Origin: Octopus vulgaris
Lineage: Eukaryota
NCBI GenBank assembly: GCA_951406725.2
Contig: OX597820.1
Span: 54,064,001-54,128,000, forward strand
Reading direction: 5' to 3'
DNA: 64,000 nt
Position 1 is the stretch's first letter; each line of letters starts with the position of its first letter. Positions 63,881 through 64,000 of this stretch are shown here, one piece after another. A program made the translations under genes and the position numbers. The notes under the pieces were generated by a model, which did no database searches, was not told where the DNA came from, and saw only the letters and a list, made by a program, of their open reading frames with translations.

Positions 63881-64000
63881 AACACTTGTTGTTTGATCGT
63901 CTTTTATTAAACGTATATTTCTTTTAATTTGAACTTGGGGCTTCAACAACGAAAATGGTTTTGAAGTACCAGTCCGCGCTGGTCTTTGCAATCAGTCCTT

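Overview
AT-rich, microsatellite- and SINE-dense eukaryotic (animal) DNA. The SINE families and (TA)n/(CA)n load resemble an octopus/cephalopod genome (inference). Positions 1-~32.3 kb are a nested tandem array of tRNA-Glu(CTC) genes: ~11.3-11.5 kb higher-order units with 2-3.5 kb sub-duplications, plus outlying copies to 37.4 kb. There are 16 full-length copies (8 identical) and several remnants. Each large unit also carries a zinc-knuckle retroelement fragment, a deleted mariner and SINE clusters. Positions 37-64 kb are TE/microsatellite terrain with hammerhead-ribozyme-like motifs (Penelope-type), CR1- and RTE-like fragments, and one complete Helitron (52180-58323, minus strand) with an uninterrupted Rep-helicase ORF that has nine 23-aa N-terminal repeats. 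No host protein-coding gene is supported; nearly all short ORFs in the track are repeat artefacts. All coordinates were read by eye, so repeat boundaries are approximate.
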